From an uncultured Acidobacteriota bacterium (lineage in GTDB: Bacteria > Acidobacteriota > Thermoanaerobaculia > Gp7-AA8): 64,000 nucleotides of DNA. The notes under the pieces were generated by a model. That model worked only from the letters and a program-made list of their open reading frames with translations. It searched no databases and was not told the DNA's origin. The DNA is taken from positions 1,216,001 to 1,280,000 of the forward strand of contig CAWGHO010000002.1 in the NCBI GenBank assembly GCA_963822445.1, in the 5' to 3' direction. A program made the position numbers and the translations under genes. Shown one piece after another: positions 21,631 to 29,408 of the stretch; position 1 is the stretch's first letter; every line of letters starts with the position of its first letter.

Positions 21631-22050
21631 CTCTTCCATTCGATCCGCCAGCTCGCTGCCGAGCAGGCCGGTGATCACCGACAGCAACACGCCCGTTCCC
21701 GAGATCGCGATCGCAATGGCACTCGGATGCGCCGGCGCATCACGTCGCAGGAACCAGCTCACCGCGAACAGCATGGCCACGATGAGGTTCCCGCCGCCGT
21801 GCCATGCGCCGAGGATCCAGGCGCGTGTTCCGCGGGGAATGGCCAGCCAGTCGATCAACCCGAACACCGATGCGGCCACGCCGCCGATGACGCCGGCGAA
21901 GATCAGCCACGACGCGACGATTGCCAGCTCACCGCGGCCTCGCGCCAGATAAGCGAGGTCGAAGAAGAACGACGTCGCCAGAAGGCCCAGCGGAAAAACG
22001 ATCAGCATGTGGTGCACGGGGTGACCCGCGATCCGCAGCTTCGCCTTCAC
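21625..22050 (-). CDS. DUF2231 family membrane protein
   Basis: GHPVHHMLIVFPLGL, FGLIDW, HGGGN, four hydrophobic segments, GLLGSEL. Confidence 0.85.
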   Translation of the reverse strand: MKAKLRIAGHPVHHMLIVFPLGLLATSFFFDLAYLARGRGELAIVASWLIFAGVIGGVAASVFGLIDWLAIPRGTRAWILGAWHGGGNLIVAMLFAVSWFLRRDAPAHPSAIAIAISGTGVLLSVITGLLGSELADRMEEV

Positions 22051-24983
22051 TGATTGCTGCCCTCCGGGCCGTCAGTCATCCTCAACACATCCGCGAGATG
22101 GCAGGTCGTCCGGCCGGTGGCCTGCTCGATCTGCTCGCGGCAGCTGAAACCGTTGGCGACGATCAGCGTGTCCGGATGGGCATCGCGCACCAGCGGCAGA
22201 ATCACCCGCTCCCCGATCTTCATCGACAGATCGTAATTGTGCGCGTCGAAACCGAACGCGCCGGCCATGCCGCAGCAACCGGAATCGGGATGTTGGAGAT
22301 CGAGGCCGATCTTGCGGAGGATGGCCTCTTCCGCGTCGAATTTCATCACCGCCTTGTGATGACAGTGCGCCTGGACGATGGCCTTCTTCCGGATTGTCGG
22401 CAACGCAACGTTTTCGCGCAGCAGAAACTCGCTCAGGGTCATCGTCGACGCGGCGAGCTTCTTCGCCCGCTCGTCATCGGGGTAGAGGCCGAGGAGCTCG
22501 TCGCGGAAGACCGAGACACAGCTTGGCTCGAGGCCGATGACAGGCAGGCCCTCGTCGAGCTCTGACGCCAGTCCGCTGAGCGTTTCGCGCAGGACCTTTT
22601 TCGCCAGCCCGAGAAATCCCCAGTCATACAGCGGACGCCCGCAACACAGCCGCTTGCGTGGAATCACGACCTCGTAGCCGGCCTGCTCCAGCACTTCCGC
22701 GGCGTTGAGCGCCGTTTCGGGAGTGAAGTGATTGTTGAACGTGTCCGGCCAGAGGACGACGCGGCGTCCGCCGTTCTTTCGTGGCTTGTACAGCTCGCGG
22801 AAGGTCTTCCGCGCGAACCGCGGCATGCGCCGTTGCGAAGCGACGCGGCTGAAGGGCTTCATCAGCGGCATGATCGCGTTCGTGAGCCGCGGCAGTTTCG
22901 AGCCGATGCCCGCCCACCAGTAGATCAGTCCCATCGTGTACGCCGGCATCGGCCGCAATCGCCGCGCGTAGTAGTGCGACATGAACTCGGCCTTCCACGT
23001 GGCCATGTCCACCTGCGTCGGGCAATCGCCCTTACAGCCTTTGCAGGCCAGGCAGAGATCGAGCGCCTCGCGAACCGCCTCGTTCTTCCAAGACGACGGC
23101 GTAATCTCCCCTTCGAACATCTCGAAGAGCAGCCGCGCGCGTCCGCGTGTCGAGTGCTCTTCCTCCCGCGTAACCTGGTAGCTCGGGCACATCGTCCCGC
23201 CGTCGAGCCGCCGGCACCGGCCTACGCCGACGCAGCGCAGCACGGCGTGATTCATCCGCCCGTGATCTTCGGTGAATTGGAAATGGGTCTTGGGATTCCA
23301 CGGCGCGTAATCGGCGCCGAGGCGGAGGTTTTCGTCGAGCTTGTAGGGGGAGATCACCTTCCCCGGGTTCATCCGCCACTCCGGATCCCAGAGCGATTTG
23401 AACTCGCGGAAGGCCTGCATCAGCTCCGGCCCGAACATCTTCTCCAGCAGCTCGCCGCGCGCCTGCCCGTCGCCATGCTCGCCGGAGAACGAGCCACCGT
23501 ACGACGACACGAGATCCGCGGCCTCGTAGATGAAGGAGCGAAACTTGGCGATCCCCGCGGTCGACGTGAGCTCGAAGTTCGTGCGCGTGTGCACGCATCC
23601 GTCGCCGAAGTGTCCGTACAGATCGCCGCCGTATTCGTAGCGGTCGAGGAGAGTCCGGAGATCGCGCAGATAGGCGCCCAGTTTTTCCGGCGCGACCGCG
23701 GCGTCCTCCCACCCTTCCCACATCAGCGGCTTGCCCGGCACATGTCCGGTCGCGCCGAGCCCGGATTCGCGCACGGCCCAGACGAATCGAGCTTCGGCAG
23801 AGCTGTTGTTGAAGATTCGCGTTCGCGTTCCGTCGAGCGAGGTCGCGCACTTTTCGGCCTTCGCCAGCGCTTCGTCGATCGTAGCCGCGCCGAATTCGAC
23901 GAGCAGCCACCCGCCGCCCGGCGGCAACAGCGCGATGCCGTGCGGATTCATCTTCTTGTGTTTCTGATCGCGCACCAGCAGATCGTCGAAGCCTTCCAGG
24001 CCGATCGGGCCGAAGCCGAGCACGCGCGGCACGTCGTCCGCCGCGTCGTAGACCGTCGGGTAGGCGACGACGAGCAGGGCGCGCGCCGGCGGGCTGTAGA
24101 CCAGCTTTGTTTTCGCCTCGAGCACGAGCACGCACGTCGATTCCGATCCGACCAGCGCGCGCGCGACGTTGAAACCGTTCTCGGGAAGCAGATCGTCGAG
24201 GTTGTAGCCGGAGACGCGCCGCGGAATCTTCGGGAAGCGCGAACGAATCAGGTCCGCGTACTTCGTGCGGATTGCGTTCAGCCCCGCGTAAATCTCGCCG
24301 CGCCGTCCGCCGCCGTCGATGATGCGCGTGAGCTCTTCGTCCGAAGTCGCGCCGACGCGCATCCGCACGCCGTCGTAGGTCAGGATCTCCAGCTCCTCGA
24401 TGTTGTCGACGGTCTTGCCGGACATGATCGAGTGCACGCCGCAGGAGTTGTTGCCGATCATGCCGCCGAGGGTGCATTGGGCGTGGGTGGCGGGATCGGG
24501 GCCGAAGGTGAGCGTGTGCAGCTCGGCCTGCGCGCGCAGGTCATCGAGCACGATGCCCGGCTCGACGCGCGCGAACTTCTCGACCGGGTTCATCTCCACG
24601 ACGTGGTGCATGTACTTCGAGAAATCGAGGACGACCGCGACGTTGCAGCATTGCCCGGCCAGGCTCGTTCCCGCGCCGCGGCCGAGGATCGGTGCGCCAT
24701 GGCGGCGGGCCAGCTCGACGGCGGTGACGACGTCGTGCGCGTCGCGGGGCATGACCACGCCGATCGGGACCTGGCGGTAGTTCGACGCGTCGGTCGCGTA
24801 CAGCGCGCGCGAGCCATCGTCGAACCGCACCTCGCCGCGAATGGCCCGCTTGAGCGCCTCGGCCAGCGCGGCGGCGTCGACGTTCAGCGATTGAATGCGA
24901 TCGCTGTGCTCGACACGTTCCGCCACGCTCCGGTCTTCATGACGAAACGGGACCGGCGCGTAACGGTTGATCTCGAGGCTCAC
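22047..24983 (-). CDS. FAD-binding and Fe-S-binding oxidoreductase (GlcD/GlcF fusion, YdiJ-like)
   Basis: RGAGTSLAGQ, TLGGMIGNNSCG, SGEHGDG, CVGVGRC...MCPS, CLACKGCKGDCP, CCGRP and CCGMAG. Confidence 0.93.
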   Translation of the reverse strand: MSLEINRYAPVPFRHEDRSVAERVEHSDRIQSLNVDAAALAEALKRAIRGEVRFDDGSRALYATDASNYRQVPIGVVMPRDAHDVVTAVELARRHGAPILGRGAGTSLAGQCCNVAVVLDFSKYMHHVVEMNPVEKFARVEPGIVLDDLRAQAELHTLTFGPDPATHAQCTLGGMIGNNSCGVHSIMSGKTVDNIEELEILTYDGVRMRVGATSDEELTRIIDGGGRRGEIYAGLNAIRTKYADLIRSRFPKIPRRVSGYNLDDLLPENGFNVARALVGSESTCVLVLEAKTKLVYSPPARALLVVAYPTVYDAADDVPRVLGFGPIGLEGFDDLLVRDQKHKKMNPHGIALLPPGGGWLLVEFGAATIDEALAKAEKCATSLDGTRTRIFNNSSAEARFVWAVRESGLGATGHVPGKPLMWEGWEDAAVAPEKLGAYLRDLRTLLDRYEYGGDLYGHFGDGCVHTRTNFELTSTAGIAKFRSFIYEAADLVSSYGGSFSGEHGDGQARGELLEKMFGPELMQAFREFKSLWDPEWRMNPGKVISPYKLDENLRLGADYAPWNPKTHFQFTEDHGRMNHAVLRCVGVGRCRRLDGGTMCPSYQVTREEEHSTRGRARLLFEMFEGEITPSSWKNEAVREALDLCLACKGCKGDCPTQVDMATWKAEFMSHYYARRLRPMPAYTMGLIYWWAGIGSKLPRLTNAIMPLMKPFSRVASQRRMPRFARKTFRELYKPRKNGGRRVVLWPDTFNNHFTPETALNAAEVLEQAGYEVVIPRKRLCCGRPLYDWGFLGLAKKVLRETLSGLASELDEGLPVIGLEPSCVSVFRDELLGLYPDDERAKKLAASTMTLSEFLLRENVALPTIRKKAIVQAHCHHKAVMKFDAEEAILRKIGLDLQHPDSGCCGMAGAFGFDAHNYDLSMKIGERVILPLVRDAHPDTLIVANGFSCREQIEQATGRTTCHLADVLRMTDGPEGSNQ

Positions 24984-24995
24984 GGGTTAGGGAGC

Positions 24996-25415
24996 TTACT
25001 TCTTCTTCGCGGCGGATTTCCTTGCGCTCGACTTCTTCGAAGAAGAGGATTTTTTCGCGCTGGACGCCTTCTTCGAGCTCGCCTTCTTCGCCGGCGCCTT
25101 CGTCGCGCTCGACTTCTTCGCGCTCGACTTCTTCGCGCTCGACTTCACGCTGCTCCGGTCGACCAGCTTGTTGAACCGGTTCCCGCGCTCGTTGGAGAGC
25201 AGCACCGCGAGCTTGTTCTTGTCGAACCACTCGAAGAACTCGTCCCACTCGATCGTCTCGAGCGTGTCCTCGCCGGAAAATCCGGGGAAGTCGATGCGGA
25301 GGATTCCCGGGTCCGCGCCGCGGCCCGTAGCCTTCACGCGCGCCGGCCGGCCCTTGCGCGCTTCAACCCACTTGCGAATGGTGTCGTGATCGGTAGTCGG
25401 TTTTGCTGTTGCCAT
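24996..25415 (-). CDS. Small conserved protein with a Lys/Ser/Ala histone-like tail
   Basis: TTDHDTIRKWVEARKGRPARV...ILRIDFPG...WDEFFEWFD domain, followed by KKSSA repeats. Confidence 0.8.
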   Translation of the reverse strand: MATAKPTTDHDTIRKWVEARKGRPARVKATGRGADPGILRIDFPGFSGEDTLETIEWDEFFEWFDKNKLAVLLSNERGNRFNKLVDRSSVKSSAKKSSAKKSSATKAPAKKASSKKASSAKKSSSSKKSSARKSAAKKK

Positions 25416-25428
25416 GGGTTTGCACTCG

Positions 25429-25444
25429 TGCAGAAAGCGTTCCG
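25429..25444 (-). promoter_or_regulatory. Putative sigma54 -24/-12 promoter
   Basis: Minus strand cGGAACGctttcTGCA, 13 bp upstream of ATG 25415. Confidence 0.5.
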
Positions 25445-25456
25445 TACAATCACGTC

Positions 25457-26839
25457 ATGCGAAATGGGTGGCTCGCTCGCGCTGGGATGCGCATCGCCGA
25501 CGTCTGCGAGAGGTGGTTTCCCGATGCCTTCGTGTTCGCGCTCGCGGCGATCGTGATCGTTTTCTGCGGCGGCCTGTCCATCGGCGTTCCCGCCTCGAAA
25601 CTGGCCGCGGAGTTCGGCGGCGGATTCTGGTCGCTGGTGAACTTCACCATGCAGATGGCGATCATCATCGTCGGCGGGTTCGTGGTCGCCAGCTCGCCTG
25701 CCGTCGCCCGCGTCACGACGCGGCTCGCGGCGATCCCGAAAACGGCGCGCGGTGCGGTCGCCTTCGTGGCGACGTTCGCCATCCTCTCCGCGCTCATCTC
25801 GTGGGGCCTGTCGCTGATCTTCACCGGCCTGCTGGTCCGCGAAGTCGCGCGCAGAATCGATAAGGTCGACTACCGAGCTCTCGGTGCCGCCGCGTATCTC
25901 GGCCTGGGCACGGTCTGGGCGCTCGGCCTGTCCTCGTCCGCGGCGTTGCTGCAGGCCACACCATCCGCGATCCCGCCGTCGCTCCTGCCGATCACCGGCG
26001 TGATTCCGCTAACGCAGACGATCTTCCTCTGGCAGAGCATGGCCATGGCCGCGATCCTCGGCGGCGTGGCGATCGCCATCGCCTACTTCTCCGCGCCGCG
26101 CGAGCAGGACGCGCGAACGTTCGCGCAGGCCGGCGTGACGTTCGAGCCGTTCATGCCCGAAGTGCCCGCGGTTCGCACGCCGGCGGATCGTCTGGAGAAC
26201 AGCCCGATCCTCAGCGTGTTGTGCGCGGGCCTGATGCTGTGGTTTCTCGCGCAGCAGCTCCGGGCACGCGGCGGCCTGGCGGCGGTCGATCTCAACAACT
26301 TCAACTTCGCCTTCCTAGCCCTCGGCCTGCTGCTCCACTGGCGCCCGCGATCGTTTCTGCGAGCCGTCGCGCAGTCCGTTCCGGCGATCGCCGGCGTGGT
26401 CATTCAGTTCCCGTTTTACGGCGGCATCTTCGGGATGATCTCCAAAACGCCGCTATCGGAACGGCTCGCGGATCTCTTCATTCAATTCAGCACGAAAGAG
26501 ACGTTTCCAGTGGTCGTCGCCGTCTACTCCGCCGTTCTCGACCTCTTCCTGCCGTCGGGCGGCGGCAAATGGGTGGTAGAAGCTCCGTACGTGATGAAGG
26601 CCGCGAACGAGCTCGGAGTGCACCTCGGCTGGACGATCCAGGTCTACAACGTCTCCGAGACCGTGCCCAACCTGATCAACCCCTTCTGGATGCTGCCGCT
26701 GATGGGCATCCTCAACGTCAAGGCCCGGGATCTCGCCGGCTACTCGATCCTGCAGCTGCTTTTCCTGATGCCGATCACGCTACTGCTGTGCTGGCTATTT
26801 GCTCAGACTTTGCCCTATCTGCCGCCGGTGGCGCCGTGA
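25457..26839 (+). CDS. atoE: Short-chain fatty acid transporter AtoE family
   Basis: ERWFPDAFVFA, GFWSLVNFTMQM, GLSSSAALL, QFPFYGGIFG, PSGGGKW, NLINPFW; many TM segments. Confidence 0.9.
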   Translation: MRNGWLARAGMRIADVCERWFPDAFVFALAAIVIVFCGGLSIGVPASKLAAEFGGGFWSLVNFTMQMAIIIVGGFVVASSPAVARVTTRLAAIPKTARGAVAFVATFAILSALISWGLSLIFTGLLVREVARRIDKVDYRALGAAAYLGLGTVWALGLSSSAALLQATPSAIPPSLLPITGVIPLTQTIFLWQSMAMAAILGGVAIAIAYFSAPREQDARTFAQAGVTFEPFMPEVPAVRTPADRLENSPILSVLCAGLMLWFLAQQLRARGGLAAVDLNNFNFAFLALGLLLHWRPRSFLRAVAQSVPAIAGVVIQFPFYGGIFGMISKTPLSERLADLFIQFSTKETFPVVVAVYSAVLDLFLPSGGGKWVVEAPYVMKAANELGVHLGWTIQVYNVSETVPNLINPFWMLPLMGILNVKARDLAGYSILQLLFLMPITLLLCWLFAQTLPYLPPVAP

Positions 26840-26845
26840 CGGCCG

Positions 26846-26871
26846 CGAAACCTAACCGAAGCACGTTCGTA
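26846..26871 (+). promoter_or_regulatory. Putative ECF sigma (SigW-like) promoter
   Basis: cGAAAC-N16-CGTA; the same motif lies upstream of the second DUF4097 gene. Confidence 0.55.
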
Positions 26872-26886
26872 ACCGTATTAGTACTC

Positions 26887-27729
26887 ATGCGGCGCTTTGC
26901 CCTAGTTGTGCTCACGCTCCTCATCGGTTTTCCGATGGCGGCGAAGACCGAGCGCCAGATCATCGGCGTGGAGCAGGACCATTCCATCGCCCAGGTCGGC
27001 GACTGCGACGACTTCTTCAAGACCGTCTTCACGACCTTCCCCGCTTCGGCCGACGAGCGCGAGCAGCGCGACCTGCCCATGACCGGCGTGGCCAAGCTCC
27101 GCGTCACGGCGACACAGGAAGGCGGCGTCTCGGTGCGAGGCTGGACGCGGCCTTTCGCGCGGATGATCACCTGCCGCGCCGCGGTTGCGCAGACGCAGAC
27201 ACACGCGCGCCGCGTGCTCGACGCGATCAAGGTCGACTATCGCGAAGGAGAGATCTCCGCGTACGGCCCGGCCACGAATGCCACGCAGGCCTGGTGGGTG
27301 AACTTCATCCTTTACGTTCCGCGCCGCGCCGCGGTCGATGTCCGCGCGGCGAGCGGCGGCGTCGCCATCCGCAACATGGACGGCAACGTGACCGCGCATG
27401 CGACCAGCGGCGGCATCTCCGTCGCCCAGGGCGCGGGCAGTTTCAAGATCTCGACGGACAGCGGCGGCATCACGCTTGATCGCCTTTCCGGCAGCGTCGA
27501 TGCGGCGTCGCGCGAAGGTGCGATCGCGCTCAAGATCGCCCACGACGATTCGCCGACGCTCGAGGCGCGCACCGAAGAAGCGGGGCAGATCCGCTGTCAT
27601 CTGCTGCGATGCGAGACCGGTCTCGGCAGTTGGACGGCGGACCGCAAGCAACTCCGCATCGGTCCTTCGCCCCCCTCGATCCGGCTTTCGACGACCGGCG
27701 CGGCGATCATCATCGACGCCGTTCGCTAG
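26887..27729 (+). CDS. Secreted DUF4097/adhesin-like beta-strand repeat protein
   Basis: Signal peptide MRRFALVVLTLLIGFPMAA; repeated xxSGGI/V strands (ASGGVAI, TSGGISV, DSGGITL). Confidence 0.75.
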   Translation: MRRFALVVLTLLIGFPMAAKTERQIIGVEQDHSIAQVGDCDDFFKTVFTTFPASADEREQRDLPMTGVAKLRVTATQEGGVSVRGWTRPFARMITCRAAVAQTQTHARRVLDAIKVDYREGEISAYGPATNATQAWWVNFILYVPRRAAVDVRAASGGVAIRNMDGNVTAHATSGGISVAQGAGSFKISTDSGGITLDRLSGSVDAASREGAIALKIAHDDSPTLEARTEEAGQIRCHLLRCETGLGSWTADRKQLRIGPSPPSIRLSTTGAAIIIDAVR

Positions 27730-27731
27730 CG

Positions 27732-27798
27732 GTGTAGTGTGGGCCTCCGGCCTACTTTCGTCCCCCCGCCCGTGGTAGGCCGGAGGCCCACACTACAC
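27732..27798. repeat. REP doublet (REPIN-like): two inverted 24-bp GTAG REPs
   Basis: gtgtagtgtgggcctccggcctac (27732-27755) and its exact reverse complement (27775-27798), separated by 19 bp. Confidence 0.9.
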
Positions 27799-27818
27799 GG
27801 GCGTCCTAGCGGCTGGAA

Positions 27819-27834
27819 GGGCACAGAACCTGCT
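27819..27834 (+). promoter_or_regulatory. Putative sigma54 -24/-12 promoter
   Basis: gGGCACagaaccTGCT, 12 bp upstream of ATG 27847. Confidence 0.55.
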
Positions 27835-27846
27835 CTTTAGCGGGCC

Positions 27847-28650
27847 ATGGCAGCCACTCAACCGCTCCTCGGCGAGAAGAGCATCGGCTTCTACCGGCAT
27901 GCGCTCTCCATCCTCACCGACGCAGGCATCCCCCATCTCGTCGGCGGCGCGTACGCGTATGCCCGCTACACCGGGATCGAGCGTCACACCAAGGACTTCG
28001 ACGTTTTCATCCGTCGCGAGGACTTCCGCCGCGCGGCCTGGGCATTCAAGAAAGCCGGCTATCGCACCGAGCTGACCTTTCCGCACTGGATCGGCAAGGC
28101 CTACTCGGGCGAGGACTTCGTCGATCTGATCTTCAGCGCCGGCAACGGCGTGGCCAGTGTCGACGAACGTTGGTTCGACAAGGCCGTGAAGGAACAGGTT
28201 TTCGGCGTGGACGTGCTGCTCATTCCGCCCGAAGAGATGATCTGGTCGAAGGGCCTGATCATGGAGCGGGAGCGTTTCGACGGCGCGGACGTCGCGCATG
28301 TGATCCGCGCGACGGGCGACAAGCTCGACTGGCGGCATCTCATCGATCGCTACGGTCCATTCTGGCGCGCCCTGTTCGCGCATCTCGTCCTGTACGGCTT
28401 CATCTACCCCTCCGATCGCTCGAAGGTTCCCGCGTGGGTCATGGACGAGTTGACCCAGAAGGTGCAGGACGAAACCCGAGCCGGTGATTCCGACGACAAG
28501 GTCTGCTACGGCACGGTCATCTCCCGCCAGCAGTACCTCAAGGACATCACCGAATGGGGCTACGAGGACGCGCGGCTGACCCATGAGCTGATGGACCAGA
28601 AAGAGATCGACGACTGGACCGCTGGCATCGAGATCGACGGAGCGAAATGA
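27847..28650 (+). CDS. Nucleotidyltransferase family protein
   Basis: LVGGAYA...RHTKDFDVF (GG + DxD), VDLIF, ERERFDGADV. Confidence 0.85.
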   Translation: MAATQPLLGEKSIGFYRHALSILTDAGIPHLVGGAYAYARYTGIERHTKDFDVFIRREDFRRAAWAFKKAGYRTELTFPHWIGKAYSGEDFVDLIFSAGNGVASVDERWFDKAVKEQVFGVDVLLIPPEEMIWSKGLIMERERFDGADVAHVIRATGDKLDWRHLIDRYGPFWRALFAHLVLYGFIYPSDRSKVPAWVMDELTQKVQDETRAGDSDDKVCYGTVISRQQYLKDITEWGYEDARLTHELMDQKEIDDWTAGIEIDGAK

Positions 28651-28651
28651 C

Positions 28652-29407
28652 GTGGGCGAACGGGACACGCTGAGAATCGCCGCGGTTGCCGACATCCATG
28701 TGAAGAAGACTTCGCAGGGAGCGTTTCAACCGCTCTTCTCGAAAATCACCGAGAGCGCGGACGTGCTGCTGCTCTGCGGCGATCTGACCGACTACGGAAC
28801 GCCGGAAGAGGGGAAGATTCTCGCGAAAGAGATCACCTCCGCGCTCCGCATTCCGGCGATCGCGGTTCTCGGCAATCACGACTACGAGTCGGGCCACGAG
28901 AAAGAGTTGACGGCGATCCTCGCCGATGCCGGCGTGACCGTGCTCGATGGCGATTCGTACGAGCTGCACGGCGTCGGATTCGCGGGCGTCAAAGGCTTCG
29001 CCGGCGGCTTCGGCCGCCGCTCCCTCGGCGCCTGGGGCGAGCAGATCATCAAGAGCTTCGTCCACGAGACGATCAACGAAGCGCTGAAGCTCGAGGCCGC
29101 GCTGGCGAGGTTGCGCACGCCGCAGAAGATCGCCCTGCTGCATTACTCGCCGATCCAGGCGACGGTCAACGGCGAGCCGCCGGAGATCATCGCCTTCCTC
29201 GGCTCGAGCCGGCTCGAGGAGCCGCTCGATCGCTATCGCGTGAACGCCGTCTTCCACGGTCACGCGCATCGGGGCAGCCCCGAGGGGCGGACGAAGGGAA
29301 ATGCGCCGGTCTACAACGTGGCCATGCACGTGCTGGCGAACTCGTATCCCAATGAGCCACCGTTTCGCGTGATCGAAGTCCCGGTCGGCGAGGAAGCGAT
29401 CGCCTGA
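28652..29407 (+). CDS. Calcineurin-like metallophosphoesterase
   Basis: ADIH, GDLTD, GNHD, LHYSP, HGHAH. Confidence 0.92.
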   Translation: MGERDTLRIAAVADIHVKKTSQGAFQPLFSKITESADVLLLCGDLTDYGTPEEGKILAKEITSALRIPAIAVLGNHDYESGHEKELTAILADAGVTVLDGDSYELHGVGFAGVKGFAGGFGRRSLGAWGEQIIKSFVHETINEALKLEAALARLRTPQKIALLHYSPIQATVNGEPPEIIAFLGSSRLEEPLDRYRVNAVFHGHAHRGSPEGRTKGNAPVYNVAMHVLANSYPNEPPFRVIEVPVGEEAIA

Positions 29408-29408
29408 T

